64,000 nucleotides of DNA from assembly GCA_964016885.1 (NCBI GenBank), contig OZ024743.1:3410001-3474000 (forward strand), in the 5' to 3' direction. This document shows positions 1 through 13,165 of the stretch, one piece after another. Source of the DNA: Eledone cirrhosa (lineage: Eukaryota). A program made the translations under genes and the position numbers. A model generated the notes under the pieces. It did not search any database, was not told the origin of the DNA, and worked only from the letters and a program-made list of their open reading frames with translations. The first letter of the stretch is position 1. Each line of letters starts with the position of its first letter.

Positions 1-95
1 AAAGCCAGCAATTTGGGGGAAGCGAAAAAGTCAATTAAATTGACTCTAGTATTTAATTGGTATATTATTTTATTAATCACAGGATGAAAGACCAA
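1..95 (-). mobile_element. Degraded fragment of tRNA-derived SINE family A
   Basis: Reverse complement resembles the 3' part of the SINE at 60835-61055 (tttcatcct...aaaata..taccag...ttgctggc). Confidence 0.6.
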
Positions 96-902
96 TTTTT
101 ATGAAGGCTCGCTTATTCTTTGTTAGGTTGAAATGCTAATTCCAGATAAATTGGAATATAAGTTGTCCTCTTTCTGGTTTTTACCTCCATGATAGATATA
201 TAAATATAATTTCCATTTTTTAAAATTAAAAAATTTGTTTTTCATTCATGTCTTAACCCTTTAGCATTTAAACTGGCCATATCTGTCCAGAATTCTCTCA
301 TCTCTTTCTGTTCAAACCGGCTGTAACTGGCCACTCATACTGATGTTAAAGTATTGTTCTCAAAATAAATAATATCTAAATCTTATAGATTTGATATTAC
401 GTGAGATAAAGCTCACCAAATGCTCAAATGGCCTGGGGGCCATATCTTTCTTACATATGTTCCCATACTCCACTGAGTGCCTTTCATTATGGTACCTGCA
501 CTAGGGAGGTTGTCATATCTTTGACACATGAAGTCCTCCCAACCCTTTGGTAGATGTATTTTACTTTCAATGCCTTAACAATTATCATAGAAAACATTTC
601 CTGGCATTGGTTATATGACACCAAAAGCTTGGGGAATGTAATTCACTTCTGCTATGTTCCTGGCCTTATTAATTTTTTTCCAGGTCCTCTTTGACCTAAA
701 TTTCTGGTTAGTGAAATGAAAGGAAAAGATAAAAAGAAAAAATTATTACTACAATATTATGAAAATATTGCAAGTGAAACTTGCTAACTGAATTATCCTT
801 CATTTTTTTTTGTTAATAGTCCTTCATTTTAAGTATTAAGCTGTTATATAGATTTTTTTACTCTTCTATGTAATTATATGTCATATTGGGGGTATTGAGA
901 GA

Positions 903-958
903 TCATCATCATCATCATCATCATCATCATCGTTTAACGTCCATCTTCCACGCTTGCA
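903..958 (-). mobile_element. RTE LINE 3' terminus with (GAT)n tail
   Basis: (cat)n followed by gtttaacgtccatcttccacgcttgcat, matching the end of the RTE at 13530. Confidence 0.7.
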
Positions 959-1392
959 TATAAATTTATACATAAATACTCTGGAAATATCTACGGAATT
1001 ACAAGCTTTAATCAACTTTGTATTGTTCACAGTTATCCATGTCATTTAACTTATTTTAAGCAGTGTCTGAATTACAAAGTGCATGCTCAGTTGCATTTTA
1101 TTTAACTAATCTCTAAATTTTTCCCATGATTGTATTTTATATAAAAGCAACACTGCTCTATCACTTCAATCCACCTAATTCAGAAAAGCACTCAGCCACT
1201 TGCCATATGAAAAATTAATGAATAATTTTATTTCATCAGCTTCAACAAAAACAATGCTAGTCTCTACATAGTCCGACTAACTGCTAGAAATAGCACACAA
1301 ATTTCCCTCACATGGTAATATATAAAATCAAGAAGGCTCATTTACAATATTTTATATAAAGTGTGAAAGAGTTTAAGGTTGAGTATGTACGA

Positions 1393-1735
1393 TGTCAGAA
1401 TATATACCCTCCGCCTCTTGGTTCCAGCCAACAGAATGGAGAATACATTGCCCTGGAGGCTGGAACAGCCACTCCACCTCATGGGTAGCCAACTGTGTTC
1501 CAATATCAGTGAGCAGGGATGTGGTCCAGGGGCCAAGAACACTGGAAGTCTCCACTGCTACAGACTCTACGACAAACCTATCAGAGAGCGGTCGATACTT
1601 TGAGAGCTTGTCCTCTTTGGCCTGGTGGGCAGCAGAGCCTAGGCTGGTAGCCGAATGCACTAGGTTACCACTAGCGAAGGTATCACAGCATATGGCATCA
1701 CAGATGCCAACTTCTGCAGAATAGGAAGACTGTCA
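1393..1735 (-). mobile_element. CRE-like non-LTR retrotransposon, C-terminal restriction-like endonuclease fragment
   Basis: KLSKYRPLSDRFVVESVAVETSSVLGP; paralog of 47752-48278. Confidence 0.7.
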
Positions 1736-1744
1736 TGCTGACTG

Positions 1745-1870
1745 CTTCCCTATATATGGCTTGTACAACCTTTGCAAGCCACTCATCTGCTCCTAGTTTC
1801 TAAGAGCCCACCAGATTATGGCATGGGGCACTCTGTTGAAAGCTTTCTCCAGATCGACAAAATCCAGGTA
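1745..1870 (-). mobile_element. RTE LINE reverse transcriptase fragment
   Basis: Encodes a degraded FVDLEKAFNRVP..IIWWAL; DNA matches 15000-15100 and 53690-53800. Confidence 0.75.
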
Positions 1871-2389
1871 ACTGTCTGAAAAAAAAGTGAGACAGGTCTG
1901 ATCAAAGCTGAAACAAATTTGTTAATAGTTATGTCGAAACAGCTGATATGGGGATGAACAAACAACAAATACACTCAAAAATACATCATCAAAAAAAAAA
2001 AAAAAAAAAATAATGAACTAGACGCACCTGGATAATTTATATAATCTCCCTGTCGTTGTGAAGAACTTGGAATATAAGATGATGGCCATGGTAAAAATCC
2101 TGAAACAAGTTGCTGGTAGTGTAGCATACCATTTAGATTTAGTGTACAGCCTGGAATGCCAGTTGTCAAGCTGTTGTTTGTGGATGGTTGTAAACAGGAA
2201 GAATTATTACCACCAAAATGTGTCTGAGGAAAGAATGGTTGAATTGGTTGGTGTAAAAACATCACAGTTGGGCTGATCAGAGTGTGTGCCATGATGATGC
2301 TGCTGTTCTACAACTGTTGAATATGTCTACACAATTTAACTTCTGCAAAGAGAATAAATGAAATACATATGTATATATATATATACACA

Positions 2390-3095
2390 CACGAAGTGTA
2401 ATCAGAAAAGTAACGGGACTTTGTGTGCTGTGTGAGCCATGATCAGCAGGTTGTGTCACCATGTAATGTGTAATATCAGGGGAGTATATAACTGTGCAGC
2501 TCTCTGCAGCCATTGCATGTTTTTGCACATACTTTTGTTAACAGCTCCTCAATTTTAGTCTGTCGAATGATGATCACAGAGCAACGAACCAACCTGAAGT
2601 TTCTGGTCCAACTGGGGAAAACTCCATCAGAAGTACTCGGAATACTGCAGAAAGAGTACAGAGGTGAGACAATGTCATGCTCACGGGTTTTCAAGTGGCA
2701 CAAAAGGTTCAGAGAGGAATGCTAGGATGTGAAGAGAACTCAGGAGCAGAATGCCTTCAACAAGCATGTGAGGCAATGGTGTATGGCGATCGTCAGCTGA
2801 CTGTTTGACTGATCACAGGATCTGGTCATGAACTACGACAGCAGTTCATGTTTGAGAAGAACATTACTGGGCTGGAATAATCTCCCTACTCACTCGATCT
2901 GGCACTGTGTGATTTTTTCTATTTTCCCAAGAACACGAGGGTCATCAAGGCAATTGGCGACCTATTTTCTGGACATGTAAGGCATCAAAAGGGCCATGAT
3001 AAGGGACATGCAGAGAATCTTTACAGGAGTGCATGGAGGCACGGTGAAGAAGGATGGGAAAGTGTATTAGACTCGAGGGTTATGATTTTGAAGAT
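2390..3095 (+). mobile_element. Degraded mariner transposon
   Basis: EQRTNLKFLVQLGKTPSE...VFKWHKRF HTH region, a remnant of PYSPDLAPCDFFLF, and a TIR-like 5' end. Confidence 0.85.
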
Positions 3096-3129
3096 TGACT
3101 TTTTTCTCTCGATCTCAGTGATCCTGTTG

Positions 3130-3440
3130 GATAAAGTGTTGGAGTTTGCCCACAATCTATGACTTAGATAGACAGAAAAACCCTCCTCTTCAGTAATAGT
3201 GTAGCCTGGACCAAAAAGTCAACTACCTCAGAACTATTTGATGTCTCAATGGGATCATTCGATAGTGCTGATAAATGTAATTTGGTTGGATTATACATAT
3301 TAGATACGTTGCGAGTCAGGATTCCTGGACATCAACTCGGGTTTATACTGTGATGATGGTCTGACACTATTGAGCCATAAAATGGTTACAACTGTAACCA
3401 TTTAAGAAAAGACCTAATAGAAATAAAGTTATTCATTATC
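3130..3440 (+). mobile_element. Penelope-like element RT fragment
   Basis: FDVSMGSFDSADKCNLVGLYILD...DDGL, a PLE-type RT motif. Confidence 0.65.
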
Positions 3441-3489
3441 TCACCACCCTCTCAAATACCATAATGATATGAGAGGTGAGTGAGTCTGG

Positions 3490-4441
3490 GACAACAGACT
3501 GGGATAGTAAGTTTTCTGGTATATATCCAGCATTCAGAGAGTTCTTCCACAGATTAGCAACACACTTTCAGGAGAGGGAACCTATCGGGGCCTACTGCTG
3601 AAATGTGTTTAGTTTCTTTTATAGCCGCTCATACACCAGGGGCACCAAACGTTATGTCTGATATAGCGTGTTGGGGATTAACATCACTGATACAGCCCAG
3701 ATCAGCCATATCAGGATTGCTGAAAACAGAGCAGTATTATTTCTGCAGTATCTCACCCATGGTTTTAACATTATCTTGGAGAGTGCCATTTTCATCAACA
3801 CAAGTGTTTTTTTGCAAATGAAAAGAACACTTTGGGATTGAGTTTGGAGGTTGTGTTTTTTCGATTCTAGTGATGTAATGAATAGCAATCAAATGTATGT
3901 GTTGCTGCTGGCAGTATTTCAGTTTATTGTTATTTTTGTTTATTCTTTTAATTTTTCTGATAAGTGTTCTATTTCTAGGGATTCTGCATGTAGATTTGTT
4001 TACAGATCTTAATGGGGTAAGTTTTGCACATATATTTGTCTACAAATATCTGCCAGGAGATTTTGATTTTTTAGTGGGTGAGTGTGAGTGTGCTTGAAAG
4101 ACCAACTGACATGTGCAAGATCATGATTGATTGCTTCCCAGATTGCATTATGAAGATCCATGGTGTCAAATGGATGAACTGGAGAGATGTCATTGGGTTT
4201 GCTTTTTGGACGGTGGAATCTCAGATCACAGAAAACCATGTCATGGTCTGAGAGTAGAGTTTTTTTCCACTGCAATATTGTGGATAATGTCAGTGTGGTT
4301 ACTGAACACTAGATCCAAGACGTTTCTGTGGCACCTTGTTGGTTCGAGCACAAGTTGGTACAGGAAAAACTCATCCATGAAGTCAAAAAGCGATTTTAGT
4401 GTCTCCTTGTCAGGGGTTGAGGTGGAAAAACCTGGTATCAT
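3490..4441 (-). mobile_element. CR1/L2-like LINE fragment (end of APE endonuclease plus linker)
   Basis: QLVLEPTR..NVLDLVFSN, LSDHDMV, then GEILQK*YCSVFSNP..SAVGPD. Confidence 0.75.
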
Positions 4442-4583
4442 ATAAATTAGTCATATTCATTTACAATGAATTTTACCTCTGGGATGATAAGCATGAGTTT
4501 CCTTTATTTTAAGGTTCTCAAATGTGATCTTCCCTATAGTCAATTCTTTGTAATATGTGAATGCATGTATGTATGCATATATA

Positions 4584-4617
<34 letters not shown>

Positions 4618-4618
<1 letters not shown>

Positions 4619-4940
4619 CATCATCATCTTTTTACGTCCGCTTTTCCCTGCTTGCAAGGGTGGGACGGGAACTGATTCTGGCTTGATTTCTACAGCTGGA
4701 TGCCCTTCCTAACACCAACCTCATTTACAGTGAGTGCTGGGTGCTTTTTTATCGTGGCACCTCCACAACCACTTTACAGTGGAATGATATGGACCCCATC
4801 ATCTCATTTCTACAGCTGAGTAAACTGGAGCAATGTGAAATAAAGTGTCTTGCTCAAGGAAACAACACATCATCCGGCCTGAAAATTGAACTCACAACCT
4901 TTCGATTGCAAGGCCAATGCTCTAACCACTAAGCCATGTG
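4618..4940 (-). mobile_element. CORE-type tRNA-derived SINE B with RTE-derived 3' tail
   Basis: Minus strand reads tggcttagtggttagagc (A box), gagttcaatt (B box), CORE-like ccttgagcaagacacttt; tail shared with the RTE 3'UTR and (GAT)n. Confidence 0.85.
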
Positions 4941-4955
4941 CCTCCATTGTCTGTC

Positions 4956-5026
<71 letters not shown>

Positions 5027-5027
<1 letters not shown>

Positions 5028-5633
5028 GTTGGTGCTACTGGTGCTACTGGTAACATGTATCCCAGTACAACCTGTCTCATGGTCGGGTCGTTGGCGACTA
5101 AACTGGCAACCCCACCAAGGTTTCTTGGTGAGGAGGGTGACTTTGGACATCCTGCAGGACTAAAAACAAAACCTGTCAAAGGGCAAGGGAGCTCTTAAGA
5201 CTCAATAGCCATCCAAAATCACTGGGAGAGATGACCCCTTAGCCTTTGTCAAGGCAGAATTCTAGGAGAAGGAAAACTCTGATATAACACCTGCAACCCT
5301 GATGGTATCCAATGATGTTGATTTGTTCTTCTTTTTGGTAAATATCATCTTGGTTAAGAGAGTGGGACTGGCTTTGTGCAGTGCCTTTGCTCACTATAAA
5401 AGCTTCACGGCACAGGCATTGCTTTATATCTGGAGATCTCTCTGCACTTGTCATCACATGGTACCATGGGCCCAGCACTATGTGTCAATAATTGTCACAA
5501 GTGTAGTGTTTGTACCAGAGTTTTCAACAAGTCGCAGGCTGGACTAAAAAGTCACATTCGTTCAGCGCATCGGTAGGGGTTCTCCTACATGGATATAAAG
5601 TAGTGGCCGTACTCGAAAACGAGTTGGCAGCCA

Positions 5634-5637
<4 letters not shown>
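5027..5637 (+). mobile_element. Non-autonomous bipartite RTE derivative (5'UTR-like part plus 3' end), (AT)n tail
   Basis: ctaggagaaggaaaactctga RTE-5'UTR-like motif; terminal C2H2 finger remnant; near-identical copies at 27046-27655 and 30048-30629. Confidence 0.7.
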
Positions 5638-5681
<44 letters not shown>

Positions 5682-5683
<2 letters not shown>

Positions 5684-5728
5684 TCTTTTAATAGTTTCAG
5701 CCATCCGGCTGAGGCCATGCTGGGGCAC
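5682..5728 (-). mobile_element. SINE 3' end fragment
   Basis: Reverse complement of 17649-17710 (gccccagcatggcctcagccggatggctgaaac..aaaagagta). Confidence 0.6.
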
Positions 5729-5781
5729 ATATATATATATATATATATGTGTATAAAGAGGAAAATGTAAAATTGTAGATG

Positions 5782-5870
<89 letters not shown>

Positions 5871-7175
5871 CCTCTTGCCCCCACCGAATATTAAGCTCTT
5901 TCTTCTACTTTAAACCTATTAGCTAGCACTTCCTTATTTCTCCAGTTGGGCTGTCTTGTGTAACTGTCTCTGATTGTGTGTAACTGTCTCCTATTGTTTG
6001 TCTTCTATGTATATGAGTCGGTGAGTGTATACGTATGCCTGCGGGAGGATATTGATCTGGATATTGGGGTGTACAGGTGAGTGGGTGTGTATGTTAATAA
6101 GCACCCCTGTTTGGCACAGCGGATGTAACCCATCCACGCTCGCCTACCCACCATTGGTGCATTGGTGGGTCTATCCTGACGTGTATCTTGTGGATCTGTA
6201 CCTCTGTATGCGCATGAGTTGTGGTATAATGTATCTATGTAGAGCGTGTACTGTGATATAGGCTGCACTAATAGAAATTTAGCCTGTAACTGTGGGCGGA
6301 CCTGTGCCATCTCGCCGTAAGCAGTAGATACGTGGCGCATGTACGTGTTGCCCTCCTATTCTGTGGTTTAAGATCTACAGGCTGACTTCTGGGAGCTCTT
6401 GCCCGGGGTTGTAGTCTTTCTAGCACGATCGGCCTTCCATATATTGACGGTCGTTGTTATGATCCCGAAAGTAACGTTTTGGCCCCGATAGCCCTCCGTA
6501 GTTACTAACGGTCTGTGTACACTTAAATCGGGCAATGGCACGTGCGGACATGATTATCTCCGTAGGAATTCAATTTTATTTTACTACATCTCATCGTATG
6601 TATTTATTTTGAATGTATTATCCGTGGTGGTGGGTCTTGCCTAATGTGGTATTTCTGTGTTTAATATCAGCTTTGACCCGGGTGTCCTACGCTGTGTGTG
6701 TGTGCGTGTGTGTCTGTGTATACATTTATATGTGTATGGGTGTAGGTGGTTGTATATGTCTGTATATAAAAAAATATATATATGTATACCGTCTCTGCAT
6801 ATGCATGTGGTGTGTATATGTGCATATACGTGCTGAACATATTGGTGTGTATAATCTTGTGATGTCCCAATGCGGTGACTTCATGGCTCTTGAAGGTATT
6901 TTTTATATATCTTTTGTCTTTTTATATATCTTTTGTATGCGCTCCAACTGTGTCTGCTTGCTTTGGCTAACCCGCCTGCACCTTGCTTTCGGCCTCTTGC
7001 TACTGCACGTGAATTCTCCTACCTTCCTTCGATGCACCTCTGTTTGACCATTGGACTCCTGCCTGGGTGTGAACCGGTTTGTGATTACCCCACCGCTCAA
7101 CTGTGTGAATGCACACCCGTGACTTTCGAGTGAACTTTTGAGACTGCCCAACCTGGGACGCCTCCATTGCCTTGC

Positions 7176-7337
7176 AATGGTCAAGTGATACTGGTGACTG
7201 TGACACTTAGTGCCTTCGTGGGCCCCTGATATTTTCAAGAAATATATTCTAAAAAAATGGTCAAGTGATACAGATAACTGTGACACTTAGTGCCTTCATG
7301 GGCCCCTGATATATTCAAGAGATATATTCTAAAAAAA
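7176..7337. repeat. Tandem duplication, 81-bp unit x2
   Basis: aatggtcaagtgatac...gatattttcaagaaatatattctaaaaaa occurs twice. Confidence 0.9.
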
Positions 7338-7349
7338 TATATATCTTAT

Positions 7350-7760
7350 CTCAATTTACTTTATTTTATTTCATTTCATTTTATTTAATTTTATTTATTT
7401 ATTTATTTAATTTCATTTATTTATTTATTTACTTATTTATTTACTTATTTATTTATTTATTTAATTTTAATTTTAATTTTATTTATTTATTTAATTTTAT
7501 TTATTTATTTATTTATTTAATTACATTTAATTATATCTTATATTATATTATTTTACTTTAGTCTATTTTATTTTATTTTAGTTTACCTTATTTTATCTTA
7601 TTTTATGATTATATTATATTATGTTCTATTTTATATAATTTTAATTTTAATTTTAATTTTATATTATTTTATTTCATTCCTTACCCTGTATCACTATTAT
7701 CTGTATATTTTATATTTTATATTTTATATGTAAGTTTGTTATATTTTTTTATATTTTCTT
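7350..7760. repeat. (TTTA/TTTTA)n low-complexity tract
   Basis: Direct inspection. Confidence 0.9.
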
Positions 7761-8070
7761 ATATATATTATAAGTCTGTTTTTCACCTATTTTTTACCTA
7801 CTCTTACCTAATCCTATCTATCTTATCTACTCTTGTCTGTTCTCTTATCCATGTGTATGCTTGTATGTAACTATATGTTGACAGCACCCCGCCCAACTGT
7901 GACTGATAGCACCCCTTATTTTTCATTGTTTATTTTATTATTTTTATTTTTATTTTTATTTTTATTCTTATTTTTACTTTTACTTCCTTAATATCCTTTA
8001 TCTTCTATTATTTTTCATTCTTCAATGTCTTGGATTTGTTATTGCTTGTGTGGTATGTAATTAACCTTTA

Positions 8071-8116
8071 TGCTCTGATGAGTCCCACTTATAGTGCGGA
8101 TGAAACAATGTTAGCA
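8071..8116 (+). ncRNA. Minimal type I hammerhead ribozyme motif
   Basis: tgct CTGATGA gtcc-cact-tat-agtg-c-ggat GAAA c-aat-g TT agca. Confidence 0.8.
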
Positions 8117-8158
8117 AGTAAAGATATGCATATGCTATAGGCGTTCTTTGTTATTTAT

Positions 8159-8208
<50 letters not shown>

Positions 8209-8296
8209 ATATATATATATATATGTGTGTGTGTATATATATATATGTGTATGTATATATATGTGGGTGTATATATATCTATATCTATATGTATAT

Positions 8297-9060
8297 GAGT
8301 GAGATGGATGTCGGTCGGAGTATTGCTTAAAGCTTTCTCTGTTAATGTATTAAGTATTATACTCTTGAATGGCCGGAGATGAAAATTCCAGATATCTAGG
8401 TATGACTTTATTTATTTCTTCTTTGTATGAAATATTGATTGTTTGTCTTGTATCTCATGTCCGTTTTTGCCTGAAAAAATACCTCTATGTGTGTATAAAT
8501 AATACATACATATATTTATTTTTTTAATATCCAATTGAGTTCTTCATGCGTGGTTAAAATTCATGACAGAATTAATTGACCTTCGTATATATTATTTTAT
8601 GTTTTACGATGACCTCCCCTTCCCATTTGGGGACAGTGTGAAATTTCTTTTTGTGAGACTGCTGGAATTTCAAATTTGGCGGGTCATTCTAGCACTGACG
8701 GGACCATCGCTGAATATTAATATCAGTATGGTTTTTATATTGATATTGCTGGGCATCCACTGATGAGTTATAAGTGCCCACCTGCATGTATACCTATGGA
8801 CTGTATGCAGGCTTCTACATAACGTGGACATTATTTTCCCAATTTGTAGAAAACTTATAACGAAACGATAGTTTGGAAGGAGAGATGTATTTAATTATGT
8901 CTCATATAAAATAATACAGCCGACTATCTGCAAAATACAATATAGTTAGCACCCCAAACATATAATTAGGATTATACTCAGGTATATCCTAATGTTTGTT
9001 GAGTGAGATGGATGTCGGCCGGAGTATTGCTTAAAGCTTTCTCTGTTAATGTATTAAGTA
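8297..9060 (+). mobile_element. Non-coding pLTR/retrozyme-like element with a 60-bp terminal direct repeat
   Basis: 8297-8356 matches 9001-9060 with 1 mismatch; internal HHR; (TA)n on both sides. Confidence 0.7.
8756..8877 (+). ncRNA. Hammerhead ribozyme with extended stem II
   Basis: tcca CTGATGA gttataag[~80 nt]cttataac GAAA c-gata-g TT tgga. Confidence 0.8.
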
Positions 9061-9162
9061 TATATATATATATATGTATATATGTATATATATATAGAGA
9101 TTAAAATATAATTTAATTAACAGTCGTTGGTCTTCTTTTTAATTTAATTATATATATATATA

Positions 9163-9489
9163 TCATCATCATCATCATCATTTTACGTCCACTTTTCCCT
9201 GCTTGCAAGGGTGGGACGGGAACTGATTCTGGCTTGATTTCTACAGCTGGATGCCCTTCCTAACACCAACCTCATTTACAGTGAGTGCTGGGTGCTTTTT
9301 TGCGTGGCACCTACACGACCACTTTGCAGTGGAATGATAGGGACCCCAGTCCCTATCATCTCATTTCTACAGCTGAGTAAACTGGAGCAATGTGAAATAA
9401 AGTGTCTTGCTCAAGGAAACAACACATCACACGGTCTGAGAATTGAACTCACAACCTTCCGATTGCAAGCCCAATGCTCTAACCACTAA

Positions 9490-9495
<6 letters not shown>
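9163..9495 (-). mobile_element. CORE-type SINE B copy
   Basis: Near-identical to 4618-4940. Confidence 0.85.
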
Positions 9496-9554
<59 letters not shown>

Positions 9555-9590
9555 CGTATATATTATATATACGTATATATTATATATATA

Positions 9591-10380
9591 TACGAGGGGG
9601 GGCGGGGTCAGAAAAGTTCCAGGACTGATGTCACAAAAGATTTATTTCAAACTAAAACTTCACACTAAGAGTTTTCAAACTTTTTGCCTCATAGTTTTAT
9701 ATACATGTCCTCTGTTTCAGGTCGTCAAGCAATGAGCACAGAGCAACGAACAAACTTGAAAACTCCGTCAGAAGCACTGGGATTGCTGCAGCAAGTGTAT
9801 GGAGATGAGACGATGTCACACTCACGTGTTTTTGAGTGGTGCAAGAGGTTTAAAGAAGGACGCGAGGACGTGGAAGATGACCCCAGGAGCGGAAGGCCCT
9901 CAACAACCAGGACTGAGGTTGACGTTGAGCGCGTCAGGCAAATGGTGCGTAGCGATCGTCGGCTGACTGTTCGACTGATGGCAAATGAGCTCGCCATGAA
10001 TCGGGACAGCGTCTGGAAGATTCTCACTGAAGATTTGGACATGCGGAAAGTCTGCGCGAAGATGGTGCCAAAACTGCTGAACGATGACCAGAAGGGTCGG
10101 CGCATGCAAGTGTGCCAGGACATCCTCGAGCGTCTTGAAACTGAACCAGACTTGCTAGGGAGTCATCACCGATGATGAGTCTTGGATCTTCGAGTACGAA
10201 GTGGAGGGGACCCATTTTGAAGACGTGGACGACATCAAATAGGCCGTGATGACGGAACTGCAGAGGATCCTAGAACAATGCTTCCAGGAGTGAATGCAAG
10301 CGTGGCAGAAAAGGATGGAAAAGTGCATTAGACACCAAGGGGATTACTTTGAAGGAGAAAACTCTTAATTATCTGAAAAT
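9591..10380 (+). mobile_element. Internally deleted mariner transposon
   Basis: TA then cgaggg..cagaaaagttcc TIR; ORF 9684-10175 has VEDDPRSGRPST...VCAKMVPKLL; catalytic region deleted, C-terminal QGDYFEG present. Confidence 0.9.
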
Positions 10381-10390
10381 GTGTTGAAAC

Positions 10391-12752
10391 CGATATTGTT
10401 ATACTTTGGGAGGGTCATGTTGTCAATAAGAAACACACGCACTAGTTGCTTTCACTTCAATTTATTATAATAAATTTATAAATTTAGCAATTTATAAATT
10501 TCCGGTTGGTTGGTTGGTTGGTTCCACAACCAGATGGTTGTTTATATATTGTCAAAGTTCTTTCGTCACACATTCTGTGACCTCTTCAGTGACTGAGGAT
10601 TGTTTTCTGTTTTTTGTGCCTCTCCTTTGTTCTGTCCTACGCCATCTTGTTTTTGTGTGCTTAGTTTGCGCATGTGTTACATCCAGGTGTCTGTGTGTGT
10701 TTATATTCGTTTATTTATTTGTTTATTTACGTGTTACTGGTTGGTTGTTTGTTCTATGTGCATGTGTGTTTTCATTTTGTCCTTAATTGTAAGTTGTGAT
10801 GTTGCTGTTCCACTCATGTTTTCTATTTAATTTTGGTTGTAATTCATTTATGTTTATTGCCTCTGTGATTTGTCTAAACATTGCGTCTTTTCTGTGTGTA
10901 GATTCTATTTTTATTTCTATGTTCTCTAATTTATCCTTATGTTCTATTTTAGCATGTTGGTAGAGTACAGATGATTATTTACTATCTTGAAGGTCTCGCC
11001 ATTGTTCATTTATCCGTTCCCCTATACTACGAGCTGTCTCACCTATGTACACTCTATTTTTATCTCTACATTGTCCTTCAGTACGTCTTATGCTATATAC
11101 TACATTTCTAGTTTTACAGTTAATATGGGGGCTTAATTTACAGATTATATATTTCTTATCTATACAGGGAGGTCTTTGGAAAAGGTATGTCTTGCTAATA
11201 AGTGTTTTTATGGAGGTACCTGGTCTTTCTACTATCTTAATATTGAGTTTATGTTTATCTAGGGCCCTTCTAAATTTGTAAGCTAATTCACCTCTAGATG
11301 TTGTATCGATGAACATTACACTCTGGTATTTATTGCTATCATACCATGAGTTTATTCTATTAGCCTTATTCCTAGTTCTTTCTATTCTATTCCAAAATTT
11401 GCTCCTATACAAAGGGCAGGTACCATTTGTGTCATTATTTACCATTTTTTCCCATTTGGTTCTGGCTCCTCTATACACTCTGATTGTAACCAGAGAACTG
11501 CATACGGTGGATGAAGTGTTGTATGTGTCTCTCTAGTTCTTCGGGGTTGCACATGCGGGACACGTTTCTCATCACCCGTACCAAATCCGCAATCAGTATG
11601 TTGATTTTGGTATGGTCCGAAACAGCTGAGTTTCAGTGGATCAGATATTTGGAAGTCATGGGTTTGGCATAAGGGAATGGAGGATTTGTTTTTTGTTATT
11701 AATGGTATCTAACCAGAGCTCTGTGTCTAGTAATGGTTGGGTGTTTGCTTGGTAGTCTATAGTAACTCTAATACTCTGGTGGATGGAGTTAGCTATTTGC
11801 TGGATGCTTTCCATTGTTTTTCTCTAATTCCTGACTGTTCTCTAGTGGGGGTGTTTTAACTACGATGTTTATATCATCAACGCAGCGGGAGTACATTATC
11901 AGGGTTAAGGGGTCTTCTAATTGTTCTTTAAGTTTAAGTCTACTGTCCCACCATACCATGAATAGGTTAGCTATGTCGACTGCAATGCTAACACCAATGG
12001 CTGCTCCCTCCTCTTGGGCATATGTTTTTCCATTAAATTTGAACATATGTTCCTTAAGGGTTAATTTTATGCTGGCCCCCACCGCATGTGCAATCATTTT
12101 CTTTAGTTCATTGTGGTTTTCGGGGGTCCGTATGGCTCTGGTCCATCCGTTCCATTTATCTGTGTGGGTTTTCTTGGCCATTGAGGTAATGGTAGGTGGT
12201 CTGCCTCTTGCTGGTCTTGTAGGGCACAGGTTGCTAAGGTCATATGTGTCTAGATAATTATTACTATAGGTAAGTTTAAGTAGGAGTCCCAGCTCACTGG
12301 TATCAATTCCACGGAACTCAACCTTGCTCTCACTGATCATTTCTATGCATTTCTCCACAGCAAAATCCACGTCAATAGAGGATACAGGGACACAACATCC
12401 ATACTACCTATTATGCAGTTTGTTAGGTCCCTAGATCGGTTACTCTCGCCGATTCTGCTGAGGAGGTTCACTGTGCTGTCACATACATCTGGGGACATTT
12501 CAATGATGGGGCGTATGATCAGGGAGAGGAAGTAGGACAGTCTGTAATTACTAGCAATGTTAGCTCCATAGACCGGCCGTGTTGGTGGTCCCGTGACAGG
12601 GTCACTGCTCGTTTTATGGTCTTTTCGAAGCCCATACAACGTTGGCACGTCATTGTTCCAGGCCTGGAAGTTGTTGGCAGTCCTTTTGTTGGGCTGCATT
12701 ATATTTGTCCACATCATCATATGGGCATTGAGGGCTTTTTCTCTATCCTCAT
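10391..12752 (-). mobile_element. Penelope-like element (frameshifted RT, GIY-YIG and 3' pLTR), 5'-truncated at (TA)n
   Basis: [38 protein letters not shown]...VYIGETARSIGERINE. Confidence 0.9.
10551..10593 (-). ncRNA. Minimal hammerhead in the PLE 3' region
   Basis: gtca CTGAAGA g-gtcac-agaatgt-gtgac GAAA gaac TT tgac. Confidence 0.8.
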
Positions 12753-12754
12753 GA

Positions 12755-13165
<411 letters not shown>

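Noticed and set aside
417-703. Possible minus-strand exon with good AG and GTGAG boundaries
   Set aside because: Stop codons in all three frames; no other support.
4880-4940. tRNA gene
   Set aside because: This is a SINE head: A and B boxes continue into the CORE body and there is no complete cloverleaf.
5040-5170. Twister or HDV-like ribozyme at the 5' end of the RTE derivative
   Set aside because: Partial look-alikes (gtcccat, gaggaggg, ctaa) but P1 and the pseudoknots could not be paired by eye.
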